A stretch of 64,000 nt of DNA from Octopus sinensis (lineage: Eukaryota): contig NC_043017.1 of assembly GCF_006345805.1 (NCBI RefSeq), forward strand, positions 16,864,001-16,928,000, in the 5' to 3' direction. Below, one piece after another: positions 1-12,070 of this stretch. A model generated the notes under the pieces. The model had not been told where the DNA came from, ran no database searches, and was given only the letters and a program-made list of their open reading frames with translations. The number at the start of each line of letters is the position of its first letter. Within the stretch, counting starts at the first letter, position 1. A program made the position numbers and the translations under genes.

Positions 1-83
1 CAATCACGAGATCATGGGTTCGAATCCTGGACCAGGTGGCAATTTGTGTTCTTGAGCAAAACACTTCATTTCATATTGCTTTG
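1..83 (+). mobile_element. Old tRNA-derived SINE (family L, CORE-like), 5' part cut by the window edge
   Basis: Pol III B-box GGTTCGAATCC at 17-27, followed by gtgttcttgagcaaaacacttcatttc; related reverse-strand copy at about 43210-43400. Confidence 0.6.
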
Positions 84-453
84 CAGGTGTAAGAGTAGCA
101 GAATCGTTGACGTGTAAGCAGAAGTGCTTTACAGCATATCTTCCGGTTTTCTACATTCTGAGTTCAAATCTTACCTGCCTTGGAGCCAAAGTTCCAGTAA
201 TCTACTTAACGGCAACTGGGGATGGTATAGGCCCTCCCAGATCATATAGAGAGTGATGGAGAAGGTTCACATGCACAAGACTTAGCCAAGGGCAGACCAT
301 CACTGGAGAAGCCAGTCAGTGTGAACCTGAGACTTCATTCCCTTCATACCAATAATAGTCCAACCACTGACATTCATTCTACTTCCAAATTTTCATGTTC
401 CCTTTGGGAAAACATTTTTCTTACAGTACGGAAGATATGAAGTCTTAAAAGTC

Positions 454-1235
454 TGAGGTGCATTCCAGAAGTTTTAAGACCTTTTTTAAGAGAAGCATTT
501 ATACCTGTCCTACATTATTTATTTCTTTACTGCCCACAAGGGGCTAAACATAGAGGGGACAAACAAGGACAGACAAAGGGATTAAGTCAATTACATCGAC
601 CCCAGTGCAAAGTGGTACTTTATTTATCGACCCCGAAAGGATGAAAGGCAAAGTCGACCTTGGCAGAATTTGAACTTGGAACATAACAACAGACAAAATA
701 CCGCCCCTATCCTACATTATTGTAATTTTAGTATATCATTACAATACATCCAATAAGCCGACCTGCCACCTTTCATTATTCCTGACTGAAGGAGAGAGCT
801 GTAACAACTCTTTGAATACACTCTACTATACAATGCTTGTCACAGCCGGCTACTTTGCAGAATCCAGTTGGAACACTTTGAAGCTTTGCTACACAATGAA
901 GTTTTGAGCAAAAACACTACAGAAACTTATGAAATGCTCCAGACTTGCATCTGGACTAACTTGTCTGAGCTGAACGTCTGTTTCTTGCTGACACAAGAGG
1001 TTCAGGGACAATAAGAAGGAAGACGAGAGACAACGAGAAGTGTGAAAGAGACAGCAGAACGTCAGAGTTGGTTGAGAAAATTTAGAATTTTCTGGATGAA
1101 GATTTTGGTGTGTCTAGCCAGACAATAAGCATAGTTTGGAGTGGATGTGGCTACTGTACACAGAATTATTCATGAAGATATGAATATACACAAAATTTGT
1201 ACAAAGTTTGTTCCCAGGGTACTCGGTGACAAGCA
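454..1235 (+). mobile_element. Degenerate mariner transposon, 5' end and HTH region, interrupted by SINE B
   Basis: Translated remnants KNTTETYEMLQT and VATVHRIIHEDMNIHKICTKFVPRVL (mariner WVP-like motif); TIR-like gaggtgcattccagaagttttaagac at the start; stops and frameshifts. Confidence 0.75.
520..707 (-). mobile_element. SINE family B (B1 tail), 5'-truncated
   Basis: Matches other B copies; 12-bp TSD tcctacattatt at 508-519 and 710-721. Confidence 0.9.
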
Positions 1236-1373
1236 TCCTGATACCCAACTACTTGACAACAGAAAAAGTCTGAAAGTTTCTGAAACGCACCTTGTATGCA
1301 AACAAGAATACTTATCAATTAAAGATGTTTATACACTGCCTTTGTCAAGTCTTCTATAATAGGTTATTACTAA

Positions 1374-1637
1374 CAACTACACAAATGAAACAATACAAAC
1401 AATTGCATAAGCAAAATGATCAACCGCTGTCCGAGCAAGCATTCCGGTTTGAATTACCTTCATGCCAGATGTCTTACTAGAGTAGAGCTGACTAAATAAT
1501 AAGTCAATAAGCAACTGCACAAATGAAACTATACTAATTGCATAAGCAAAACCACTGTCCAAGCAAGCATTCCAGTTTGAATTATCTTCATGCCAGATGT
1601 CCTACCTCAGCAGAGCCGACTGAATAAGTCAATATCA
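1374..1637. repeat. Tandem duplication, two units of about 138 and 126 bp
   Basis: caact(a/g)cacaaatgaaac...attgcataagcaaaa...gcaagcattcc(g/a)gtttgaatta(c/t)cttcatgccagatgtc...aataagtcaata begins at 1374 and 1512. Confidence 0.85.
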
Positions 1638-1675
1638 AATTGTTTGTTTTAACTAAATTCACTTGCAATTCACAT

Positions 1676-2064
1676 TTACTCTTTACTCTCTTTTACTTGT
1701 TTCAGTCATTTGACTGCGGCCATGCTGGAGCACCACCTTTAATCGAGCAACTCGACCCCAGGACTTATTCTTTTGTAAGCCCAGTACTTATTCTATCGGT
1801 CTCTTTTGCCAAACCGCTAAGTAACGGGGACGTAAACACACCAGCATCAGTTGTCAAGCAATGCTAGGGGGACAAACACAGACACACAAACATACACACA
1901 TATATACGACGGGCTTCTTTCAGTTTCTGTCTACCAAATCCACTCACAAGGCTTTGGTCGGCCCGAGGCTATAGTAGAAGACACTTGCCCAAGGTGCCAC
2001 ACAGTGGGACTGAACCCGGAACCATGTGGTTGGTAAACAAGCTATTTACCACACAGCCACTCCT
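1676..2064 (-). mobile_element. SINE family A, near full length
   Basis: tRNA-like head (A-box tggctgtgtggta, B-box gggttcagtccc), central CA/TA tract, tail ending gaaacaagtaaaagag repeats. Confidence 0.92.
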
Positions 2065-2448
2065 AATTTGATAAACTCATTCCTTCAGCCCAGTGTCGGA
2101 GGACACGAAAAGATTATTAGCAGAGTCCCATTAAGTTAAAGTAATTCTTAAAAACGAGGGAAGAAAATCATACAACTCTGCTTCTGGTTACTGAAATAAA
2201 GTAATACCCATTAAACTTCACCATCAGCAAAGTGGTTCATCTAAAGAGTGATGAAGATTTTTTTACAGTGACCTTCCAGATGTAGAATCCATAAATATGT
2301 GCAGTAAATAATTCATAGCTGCACACATCTTTTCCCTATGATCATTCACTCATATTCAGAAATTCGTAGCAGTCACATGTTTTCCAAATAATTTCATTAT
2401 TGTTAAGAGTTCAACACAGAGGTGAATTTGATTTCATCAAACTGTTTC

Positions 2449-2588
2449 TAAGCATAACTGCTTCCCAACCACATGGTTCTGGGTTCAGTCCCACTGCATG
2501 GCACCTCGGGCAAGTGTCTTCTGCTATAGTCTCAGGCTGACCAAAGCCTTGTGAGTGGATTTGGCAGATGGAACTTAAAGAAGCTCAT

Positions 2589-2593
<5 letters not shown>
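2449..2593 (+). mobile_element. SINE family A, 5' half
   Basis: aaccacatggttctgggttcagtcccactgc...gtgagtggatttggcag. Confidence 0.85.
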
Positions 2594-2654
<61 letters not shown>

Positions 2655-2676
2655 CATATGTATGTATGTATATATA
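2594..2676. repeat. (TA)n microsatellite
   Basis: Direct reading. Confidence 0.95.
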
Positions 2677-2860
2677 GTTGAAATTTACAGAAAAACAAAA
2701 GACGAAGACAGGTGTATAAACAACAAGCAGGTGTATTAGTTTGACGCTTGGGTAGGTGAAAAAGTATTTTACATTTCGAGCCTAAGCTCTTCAACAGAAG
2801 GGAATAAGAGAAAATAAACAGAGAGAATAAAAAAAACTTGTGGATTTAGCGATCAAGCAT
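2677..2860 (+). mobile_element. Penelope-like element fragment (family G)
   Basis: aaaacaaaagacgaagacagg...acatttcgagcctaagctcttc shared with 20178-20325 and 28112-28292; acgtttcg-type motif typical of Penelope-like termini. Confidence 0.6.
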
Positions 2861-2999
2861 GATGACTGGTTATTGTGTGCGTGTGTGTACCTACATATAT
2901 ATATATATATATATATGTGCATGTAAAATTCACACCATATTCACTAACTCACACACACACATTCACTCACACACATACACACACACAAGTACACGATGA

Positions 3000-3460
3000 A
3001 CTTCGATGGCATTTCCGAGACATTTGAAAGCCTGTTTTTTTCTAGCTGATTACAGGTCATGTGATAGTCTCAGGCAGTTTTTGAAAATGCTCATATTTGA
3101 ATGCAGTAACCGTCTTTCTACACTGCAGTTCTTGGTTTCTAGCTCTTCAGCAGTGACGGTCATGTCTGTACAGTGCCTTGTAAAACAGTGTCCTTTATAT
3201 TGCAGTGATGGCTTTGTTTTGAACTCTGACCCTCAAATAAGCAGACAGTTCCCTGTATTGAAAGTTATTGATCACTATATTTTCTGCAGCTGCTATAAGC
3301 CTAAGTCATTTTGAGTGTAGAGCAATGTGTTCTTCGAGAAAGGTTTTCGGAGTATTCATCTACTTTAGACAACTGCACTTCATGATGCTGCAGATTTCGG
3401 TTTTCTTAACTGTGGCGCTTCCTTCCATGTTCAACTTGCTCACAGGATTTCCAAATTTCT
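3000..3460 (-). pseudogene. Possible highly decayed pogo/Tigger-like transposase fragment
   Basis: Stop-riddled protein-like frames (AAENIVINN, DL*SARKKQAFKCLG) only loosely resemble CENP-B/DDE segments. Confidence 0.25.
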
Positions 3461-3574
3461 AAGATAAAATCTTACAAAATATAAAAAATTTTTCCTGGCA
3501 ACAATTTCATTATATAGAGATAAGCTTTGCCTGTATGAGTTATATCTATCGATCTATCTGTCTGTCTATCTATC

Positions 3575-3815
3575 AATCTGTGTGTGTGTGTGTGTTTTTG
3601 TGTCTGTGTTTGTCCCCCCTCTATTGCTTGACCACTGATGGCGGTGTGCTTACGTCCCTGTAACTTAGCGGTTCAGCAAAAGAGTCCAACAGAATAAGTA
3701 CTAAGCTTACAAAGAATAGGTCCTGGTGTCGATTTCTTTTACTAAAACCCCGTTAAGGCAGTGCTCCAGCATGGCCACAGTCAAATGACTGGAATGTGTA
3801 AAAGAAGAAGAAAAG
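3575..3815 (+). mobile_element. SINE family A, 3' half (older copy)
   Basis: tgtgtctgtgtttgtcccc...cagcatggccacagtcaaatgactg. Confidence 0.85.
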
Positions 3816-4079
3816 AAGAATGTGTTCAAGATAGGAAAAGAATAATTTAATAGAATTAGTTTCCCACCTTCCATCATTCACCCGCCTTAATAACAGTCAG
3901 TCCGTCTGTCAATATACCTGTTTGTGGACAATCAACACAGATAGAATGTTTAGCCTATTGTTTAATCATGAACAAAATAATACAAAAACTGTATACCTTA
4001 GAATTATATTATTCTGTGGGCCAATCTTTGTAGAAGAGAATCAAAAGCGTTAACCTCCAAATACATAAATAGTACTTAC

Positions 4080-4167
4080 TTTAATAATTGTAAAAAGATG
4101 ATGATACAGCAGAAAAATTGAAGCCAACTTCATATGAACTTTGAACAAAGAAGGACATGGCAAAATA
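4080..4167 (-). CDS. Candidate exon of an unidentified host gene (ILPCPSLFKVHMKLASIFLLYHHLFTIIK)
   Basis: cttcag acceptor, GTAAGT donor, 88 nt, phase 2 in / 0 out; phase-compatible with the 8566-8624 candidate. Confidence 0.25.
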
Positions 4168-5311
4168 CTGAAGTTTCCACAGACTTAAAATGTTAGCTGT
4201 GCAGACATGGCCAACAACTGAGAGAGACATAACTGATGTCAGCAATCTGGTAGGAGTTGATTTTGTTTGTAATTAGTATCATTGTCTCTGTCAGCAGGAG
4301 AGTGAGAGGGGGGACTCTGACCAACCTGATTTCAAGTCAAAATTAGATCCTGGGAGTGCTAATTACCAAACTGTTGGACTGGGGGTAAGGTGGGTGGAGG
4401 AGGAATTTTCAATGTCAAACATGAATAAACTGAAGGAAAAGGACAAAAAACAAAAATTTCTTGACTGGTGAGTGGCCTGCTGTTTCTGGTAAGTAAATTA
4501 CCAGGTAATCTGTCCTCAAAGCCAGACAAAAATAGTTGAAGAAAAAACAAACACACACACACACACACACAATACTAATAAAAAAAAAACACAAAAAGCA
4601 ATGAATTGGCCAGATGAGCAGTTAGTAAACCTTTGCTGTTAAATTATTCACCCAAGGAAAATAAACATTAAAAAATATAAATAAATGAGAGTTCTTTTAA
4701 GAAAGCAAAAAAAAAATAAAAAAAGTAGCAGAAACAAAGCAGCAACTTAAATGAACATTGAAAATGTGCTGTGAGTCATGTTTGAGAAAACAATAGGAAG
4801 AATGAAAGACAGAAAGAGAGAGAGGGCAGGTAGACAGGTAGAATGAGGGTGTAGACAGACAGACAGACAGACAGAGAGAGAAGGAAGAAGAGATAAAGGA
4901 AAGACAACCCTCAGAAGTATACAGAGAAACAGAGGAATTTAGGCACTATTTTGAACATCTGGAATAAAGCAATGTGCTTTGCCTAGTGACCATTACTCCA
5001 CAGAAACATTAGAATAGGAAGAGCAACAAGTAACAAAGACAAAACAATAAAAACCCCTAAAAGACTGCTTAAAACTTGTATGTCATTAAATGTAAACAAA
5101 GAGCAAAGTGTAAACAGAAAAAGAAGGCTGCTTGGGTAGAACTGGGAATATGTAACCTCACAGAAGACAAAGACAGACTGTGTAAAAGACTGGCTGTGAA
5201 TCAGGGAAAATTGGATCTCATATATATTGACATGTACAGAGAACTACTTTACTGAAATTCCAGCAAGCCCAGATTACTATGAAGAATGAACACACACACA
5301 CACACACATAT

Positions 5312-5731
5312 ACTCTCTCTTTCTTTTCTCTTTTACTTGTTTCAGTCATTTGACTGCAGCCATGCTGGAGCACCGCCTTTAGTCGAGCAAATCGACCCCA
5401 GGACTTATTCTTTGTAAGCCCAGTACTTATTCTATCGGTCTCTTTTGTCGAACCGCTATGTTATGGGGATGTAAACACACCAGCATCAGCTTTAGTCGAG
5501 CAATGCTAGAGGGACAAACACAGACACACAAACATACACACACAAATATATATATACATACATATATACAATGGGCTTCTTTCAGTTTCCGTCTACCAAA
5601 TCCACTCACAAGGCTTTGGTCGGCCCGAGGCTATAGTAGAAGACACTTGCCCAAAGTGTCACACAGTGGGACTGAACCCGGAACCATGTGGTTGGTAAGC
5701 AAGCTACTTACCACACAGCCACTCCTGCGCC
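5312..5731 (-). mobile_element. SINE family A, full length
   Basis: Complete head (ggcgcaggagtggctgtgtgg) to tail match with other A copies. Confidence 0.92.
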
Positions 5732-5745
5732 TATATATATAAATT

Positions 5746-5972
5746 TATTTCTTTACTACTCACAAGGAGCTAAACACAGAGAGGACAAACAAGGACAGAC
5801 AAACGGATTAAGTCGATTACATCGACCCCAGTGCATAACTGGTACTTAATTTATCGACCCCCGAAAGGATGAAAGGCAAAGTCGACCTCGGCAGAATTGG
5901 AACTCGGAACGTAACGACAGACGAAATACGGCTACGCATTTTGCCCAGCATGCTAACGTTTCTGCCAACTCG
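5746..5972 (-). mobile_element. SINE family B (B1)
   Basis: 13-bp TSD atatatataaatt at 5733-5745 and 5973-5985. Confidence 0.92.
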
Positions 5973-6380
5973 ATATATATAAATTGATGTTAAATGCTGG
6001 GCCCGATTTCACTGGGCCCCAAGTATTAACAAATGAGCACCCCCCCTCCTACACTTTCTACATCTCTCTTCTATTACTAACACATTCACTTCTGCTCTCC
6101 TGAACTTGCTACCTACTAGCTATGCACACTCTCTTCACTGGGGGGGGTGCACCCCTTCTCCACCCTGTGTACTGTGTCTCACCTCCCAGATCCTGCACTA
6201 AACATTTTACCCAATCCTTCTTTCCACAACTGTAACCCTTTAGAATTCTTTCTTTAAAAACTTCTTTTTTCTGCACTTCATGTTTAAACTGAGCATCATC
6301 ATCATCATCAACCACACCATTTTAGAGAGATCTTTCACCCTCCAGCATCCAGAGTATTCTACCAAATATAATGCTTCCAT

Positions 6381-6720
6381 TCATCATCATTGTTTAACGT
6401 CCATTTTCCGCGCTAGCACGGGTTGGACGGTTCGACTGGGGTCTGGGAAGCCAGGGGCTGCACCAGGCTCCAGTCTGATCTGGCAGTGTTTCTACAGCTG
6501 GATGCCCTTCCTAACGCCAACCACTCCGCGAGTGTAGTGGGTGCTTTTTACGTGCCACCTGCCACGATCGGTTGGTGCTTTTAACGTGTCACTGGCACGG
6601 AAGCCAGCCAAGGCGGCGCTGGCAACGGCCACATTCGGATGGTGCTTTTTATGTGCCACCGGCACAGAAGCCAGTCGGGGCGGCGCTAGCATCGGCCACG
6701 TTCGGATGGTGCTTTTTATG
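6381..6720 (-). mobile_element. Family C (RTE LINE 3'UTR fragment) with internal subrepeats
   Basis: (GAT)n tail, ggaagggcatccagctgtagaaac motif, repeated gtgccaccggcac...ttcggatggtgctttt units. Confidence 0.85.
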
Positions 6721-6800
6721 AAGACATGGGATGAGCTTCCATTATTTTTAATTAATCAAATGATTGAAACAAGATAAAAAATGACTTTGTGGAATAAGTA

Positions 6801-6890
6801 TGAGAGGCCAGATCTGGCCAGCTTGAGCCAAAAGCAGGTAGAAGAATATTTGGGCCCCGATATGGCCAGTTTAAATGCTAACGTGTCAAA
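6801..6890 (+). mobile_element. MITE family I, partial
   Basis: tgagaggccagatctggcc...atatggccagtttaaatgc matches the end of 38848-39068. Confidence 0.6.
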
Positions 6891-7077
6891 GGTCATAGGT
6901 ATCTCTCATCTCTTCTAACTTATTAAAGAAAAGTCCACACAAATTACAGAATTAGCAGAACATTGGAATGGGTGAGTGGGTGGGGGGCATAAAATATAAA
7001 AAATAAAATCCCAATTACTGCTTTTTTTTTTCTTTGCAGAACACCCAATACAAATTAATAACTGAGTTATAAGGCTT

Positions 7078-7397
7078 CCGTACCAGTGGCATGTAAGAGG
7101 CACCATTTGAGCGGGATCGTTACCAGCATCACCTGACTGGCACCTGTGCCATTGGCATGTGTAAAAAGATTCGAGCAAGGGTCATTGCCAGTACCGCCTG
7201 ACTGGCCCCCGTGCCGGTGGCATGTAAAAGCACCCACTACACTCTCGGAGTGGTTGGCATTAGGAAGGGCATCCAGCTGTAGAAACTGCCAGATCAAGAC
7301 TGGAGCCTGGTGCAGCCATCTGGTTCGCAATCCCTCAGTCAAACCGTCCAACCCATGCTAGCATGGAAAGCGGACGTTAAACGATGATGATGATGAT
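7078..7397 (+). mobile_element. Family C (RTE 3'UTR fragment)
   Basis: Ends gcggacgttaaacgatgatgatgatg; inverted relative to 6381-6720. Confidence 0.85.
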
Positions 7398-7866
7398 TGT
7401 GAGGAAACTGTCAAAAACGTTTTCAGGTGACTTCTGAAGAAATCGCCAGACAAATAAAAAAAGCGACATAGGTAACTTAATTATATACTGTAAGTGCTGA
7501 ACAACAGAGACGTGATGAGTGTCATAGGTAAATAGAAAGATGAGACAAAGAGAATGAGGGGAGATGAACAATTAAAAGAAGGTAAGAAAGATGTCAGAGG
7601 GATAGAGAAAAGGGGATAAAAAGGGGGAAAAAGTTACTCAAAGTCAAGTAGCATAAGAAGCAGAGATTAAGGAGGCAGTCAGAGAGAGAGAGAAAAAAAT
7701 ATTCACAGGTCATATGAAAGAAGGAAAAAATGAAAGGGAACGAAATATTTTTTAGATCCTTAAGAGAGAGGGGACAGAAGGGGAGAAAGAGTTGCCATAC
7801 ATCAACAGTAATTATGTTCAAAAGTCACCAAAATCAAATACGAGTGAATGAACAAGAGTAATGGTA

Positions 7867-8219
7867 TACTCTTTTACTTGTTTCAGTCATTTGACTGCGG
7901 CCATGCTGGAGCACCGCCTTTAGTCGAGCAACTCGACCCCGGGACTTATTCTTTTTGTAAGCCCAGTACTTATTCTATCGGTCTCTTTTTGCCGAACCGC
8001 TAAGTGACGGGGACGTAAACACACCAGCATCGGTTGTCAAGCAATGCTAGGGGAACAAACACAGACACACAAACACACACACATACATATATAAGACAGG
8101 CTTCTTTCAGTTTCCATCTACCAAATCCACTCACAAGGCATTGGTCGGCCCGGGGCTATAGTAGAAGACACTTGCCCAAGATGCCACTTGCCCAAGCTAC
8201 TTACCACACAGCCACTCCT
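7867..8219 (-). mobile_element. SINE family A with the B-box region deleted
   Basis: cacttgcccaagatgccacttgcccaagctacttacc replaces the normal gcagtgggactgaacccggaaccatgtggttgg segment. Confidence 0.88.
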
Positions 8220-8565
8220 ACTAGGAGAAATAACATGCTCTAAATGATTTTGTACTTCTTAAATATATTACTTCGTTATGTCATAATTTAATAAGGTAAT
8301 GCATAATTCAAGAAAAATTTTACTACTATTTCTGTTAGCTTAAGTGACCAAACAGAAGTGTTATTTCATTGGCTTCTGAATTGACCAATGGTGAAAGGTG
8401 TTACAGTAGTGACCATACAGTCTTTTTGTATATCAGGAAGTACACAGTTCTATAAAGTTCTTTTATTTTTAAATGACTCAAAATTCAGAGATTTGACTGT
8501 TATTTCTAGCAGGTCAAACAATCATGAACAAGCTCCTTTGCTGAATACACACTAGTATCGCTTAC

Positions 8566-8624
8566 ATGAGGGGGAAATAGTGTTTAGACAGCAATGCAGC
8601 AGGAAGAGCAGCCAATAGTTTTGT
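8566..8624 (-). CDS. Candidate exon (TKLLAALPAALLSKHYFPL)
   Basis: ttgttttcatacag acceptor, GTAAGC donor, 59 nt, phase 0 in / 2 out. Confidence 0.35.
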
Positions 8625-8705
8625 CTGTATGAAAACAACCCTCTCACACACTTTCTATTAAATTTCATCTGAGAGGAGGAGGGTGAGGTGACAGGTAAGG
8701 TATGA

Positions 8706-9091
8706 TATATATAAATCTGAAGTTGTCTGTGTATGGCAGGTTTGGTAGCCCTCAACAAACACTATCTCCTCCGAGACGCTGCGGCGCAAGTTGACCAAAA
8801 TTGAGAGTATGATAGAAGAAGGCTTGCTCTTCCTTCCGTGGAAGAAAAAATTCAAATCGGACCATGTTAACACCAAGAATTATTTACATCAAAAAGGTGC
8901 TTTTTTTTCTATGAAAGTCCCTATTTTTACGATTTTTTGACTGCTGTGTCGCCATTTTTCGGTGTATTTTAACCAGAAAAATATTCACTTAAAGAGAATA
9001 ACAAGCGACATAATGCTAAATTTTTACTTTTCAAAAATTCCAATTCTAAAGGGTCGAAACAAACCCGAGCAACGCCGGGCAATACTGCTAG
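8706..9091 (+). mobile_element. Non-autonomous Helitron family E
   Basis: 5' tatataaatctgaag; 3' hairpin cccgagcaacgccggg, then CTAG|T at 9088-9092; copies at 16692 and 24808. Confidence 0.85.
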
Positions 9092-9569
9092 TGTATGATA
9101 TTTGTAACTTAGAGATGGTCTGATAGGTATTAAGTAACATATATCAATATTTTTACTTAGGATCTGTTATAAGAATTAACAGAATGAGGGTGGAAAATAT
9201 CCAGACATGCTGCATTAAAAAATAAGTGGTAAAGTTGGTGCTAACATAATGTAACGAGCAAAGAAATATTAATTGATTAAGATTACGAGAGACAAGAAAA
9301 ACAAATAATTAATTTTACAATTTATTCTGGCCATGAAAAGAAAGAGAGAAAACTCCAAAATTTTAATTAATTTTAATTAATTAAAAACAGAATGCAATGA
9401 GTGAGTCTGCGATATAGACATCAAATTTAGCTCAAAAACATTAGATGTATTAGCATCAACTTTACTATTTATGTTTTCAAAAAGCATTCAACTCTTGGTA
9501 TTTTTTCTGTCGCTATTTCAAGCTATTAAACCACCCTGTATTTATTTACTAAAACTTAATATATCTCTA

Positions 9570-10193
9570 CTAGCACTATGACCCGGCAACGCTGGGTCAT
9601 AGTGCTAGTGCATGCATATACAGCTGCGTACGTGCGCACATACACGCGAGTACTGTCCAAATCTCCGACCAATCACATACAGCTAGATGGCATTCAATTG
9701 GCGTATCAAGTTTCAGGCATTTTGATTGGGTTTTGGATAGAAAATTCACAAAAGAAGCCCGTCGTATATACGTATATATATATGTGTATGTGTGTGTGTT
9801 TGTGTGTCTGTGTTTGTCCCCCCAAGCACTGCTTGACAACCGATGCTGGTGTGATTATGTCCCTGTTACTTAGCGGTTCGGCAAAAGAGACCGATAGAAT
9901 AAGTACTGGGCTTACAAAAGAATAAGTCCCGGGGTCAAGTTGCTCGGTTAAAGGCGGTGCTCCAGCATGGCCGCAGTCAAATGACTGAAACAAGTAAAAG
10001 AGTAAGAGTAAAAAAGTTACTTCTATTGATTTTTTAATGGTTTTGCGGGGTGACTGGGGAAATGTAAAGATGTGCACGACCACCCTTGGACGGTTTTGAA
10101 TGACCATGGAAAGTGCGAGCCCTCTAACTGAAAAATTGTGGATTTGTATAAAAGATACACAGACAGACATTTTGCCGTTTATATATAGAGAGA
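9570..10193 (-). mobile_element. Non-autonomous Helitron family F with a SINE A insertion
   Basis: Minus-strand A|TCTCTCTATATATAAAC 5' end at 10193; terminal palindrome 9569-9609 ending CTAG|T. Confidence 0.75.
9750..10018 (+). mobile_element. SINE family A, 5'-truncated, inside Helitron F
   Basis: aaagaagcccgtcgtata...gaaacaagtaaaagagtaagag. Confidence 0.88.
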
Positions 10194-10274
10194 TTACTGG
10201 CAAGACTGCTTTGCTGAGGAGATTCTAGTTTGGTAGAAGGAAATATACAGAAGCTCATCACACACAGGCACTCA

Positions 10275-10738
<464 letters not shown>

Positions 10739-10929
10739 ATGTGTCCAGCTCTACATTTATGTTTACCAATTTAAAATCAGATGTAAAAAACCAGTTGCTG
10801 TGTCAAAAAGGGAATTCAGCCATTTCAAAAGCAAGAAAACTTCAGCAAAAGCTACACGACAGTGGCATCAGGTGTGACATGCAGAACATCATATAACTTG
10901 CTTTGTTCCTCTCTTTCATTTATTTTGAC

Positions 10930-11093
10930 AGGCGCAGGAGTGGCTGTGTGGTTAGTAGCTTGCTAACCAACCACAAGGTTCCGGGTTCAGTCCCACTGCG
11001 TGGCATCTTGGGCAGGTGTCCTCTGCTTATAGCTCCGGGCCGACCAATGCCTTGTGAGTGGATTTGGTAGACGGAAACTAAATGAAGCATGTC

Positions 11094-11127
<34 letters not shown>

Positions 11128-11343
11128 ATATGTTTGTGTGTCTGTGTTTGTCCCCCTAGCATTGCTTGACAACCGATGCTGGTGTGTTTACGTCCCCGTT
11201 ACTTAGCGGTTCAGCAAAAGAGACCGATAGAATAAGTACTGGGCTTACAAAGAATAAGTCCCAGGGTCGATTTGCTCGACTAAAGGCGGTGCTCCAGCAT
11301 GGCCGCAGTCAAATGACTGAAACAAGTAAAAGAGTAAAGAGTA
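10930..11343 (+). mobile_element. SINE family A, full length
   Basis: aggcgcaggagtggctgtgtgg head to gtaaaagagtaaagagta tail. Confidence 0.93.
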
Positions 11344-11534
11344 CGCATTGTGTTTTTATTTTCCGCTCCCATTTTATTTTGCGAGGCACAATGCGATTTT
11401 ACCCTAACATTTTATGAATTCAGTGCGCATATGTGCATTTGCGTGTCCATACTTCTCTTTCTGGTTCCTCCTCAGAACTGTTTACAGATTACAACCTTCT
11501 CACGAAACATGCTCCGATGGTTGTGAAATAAACT

Positions 11535-11811
11535 CCAAACTGAAATATGTGTATTTATTTCAAAGTTTTCAAAATTCTTTGAATGGTAAAACTTTCAAAA
11601 ATGATGACGACCTGAAATCACACTTCAGTTTTTTGGTTGATAAGAACCAGAAGTTCTATGAGTGCAGAATCCTGAAGTTGCCAGAAAGATGGCAAAACGT
11701 CATCAAGCAAAATGGAAAATATATAACTGATTAAAGTTCATTCTTCGTATGAAAAAAAAAGAATGACATTTCACACTAAAAAACTAAAATTACTTTCTTG
11801 TCAACCCAATA
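11535..11811 (+). mobile_element. Mariner 3' end (transposase C-terminus and TIR)
   Basis: LFQSFQNSLNGKTFKNDDDLKSH...ILKLPERWQNVIKQNGKYITD*; TIR aattactttcttgtcaaccca followed by TA. Confidence 0.85.
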
Positions 11812-11844
11812 GTAATAACGAATACACACATGCGTGTGTGCCGC

Positions 11845-12030
11845 CATCATCATCATCAGTCATTTTAGCATCTGCTTTTCCATGTTGCATGTGTCAGGTG
11901 GAATTCATTGAGGCAGGTTTTTTTACAGCTGGATACTCTTCCTGTCAGCAACCTTCGCTTATTTCCAAGCAAGATATTTCCTCTTTGCCAGATTATGTTA
12001 CCACGGAAGACTGGAATCAAACAACACCAT
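11845..12030 (-). mobile_element. Older C-related RTE 3'UTR fragment
   Basis: Similar in opposite orientation to 55805-55985 (ttccagtcttccgtg..., (GAT) tail). Confidence 0.6.
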
Positions 12031-12070
12031 TTGTATGACAGTGACACCTTGTTTACAACAATTATGCAAC

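Noticed and set aside
4080-4133. MKLASIFLLYHHLFTIIK as a signal-peptide first exon
   Set aside because: Hydrophobic frames arise easily on the T-rich strand and no promoter or phase-compatible next exon was found; treated only as part of an internal-exon candidate
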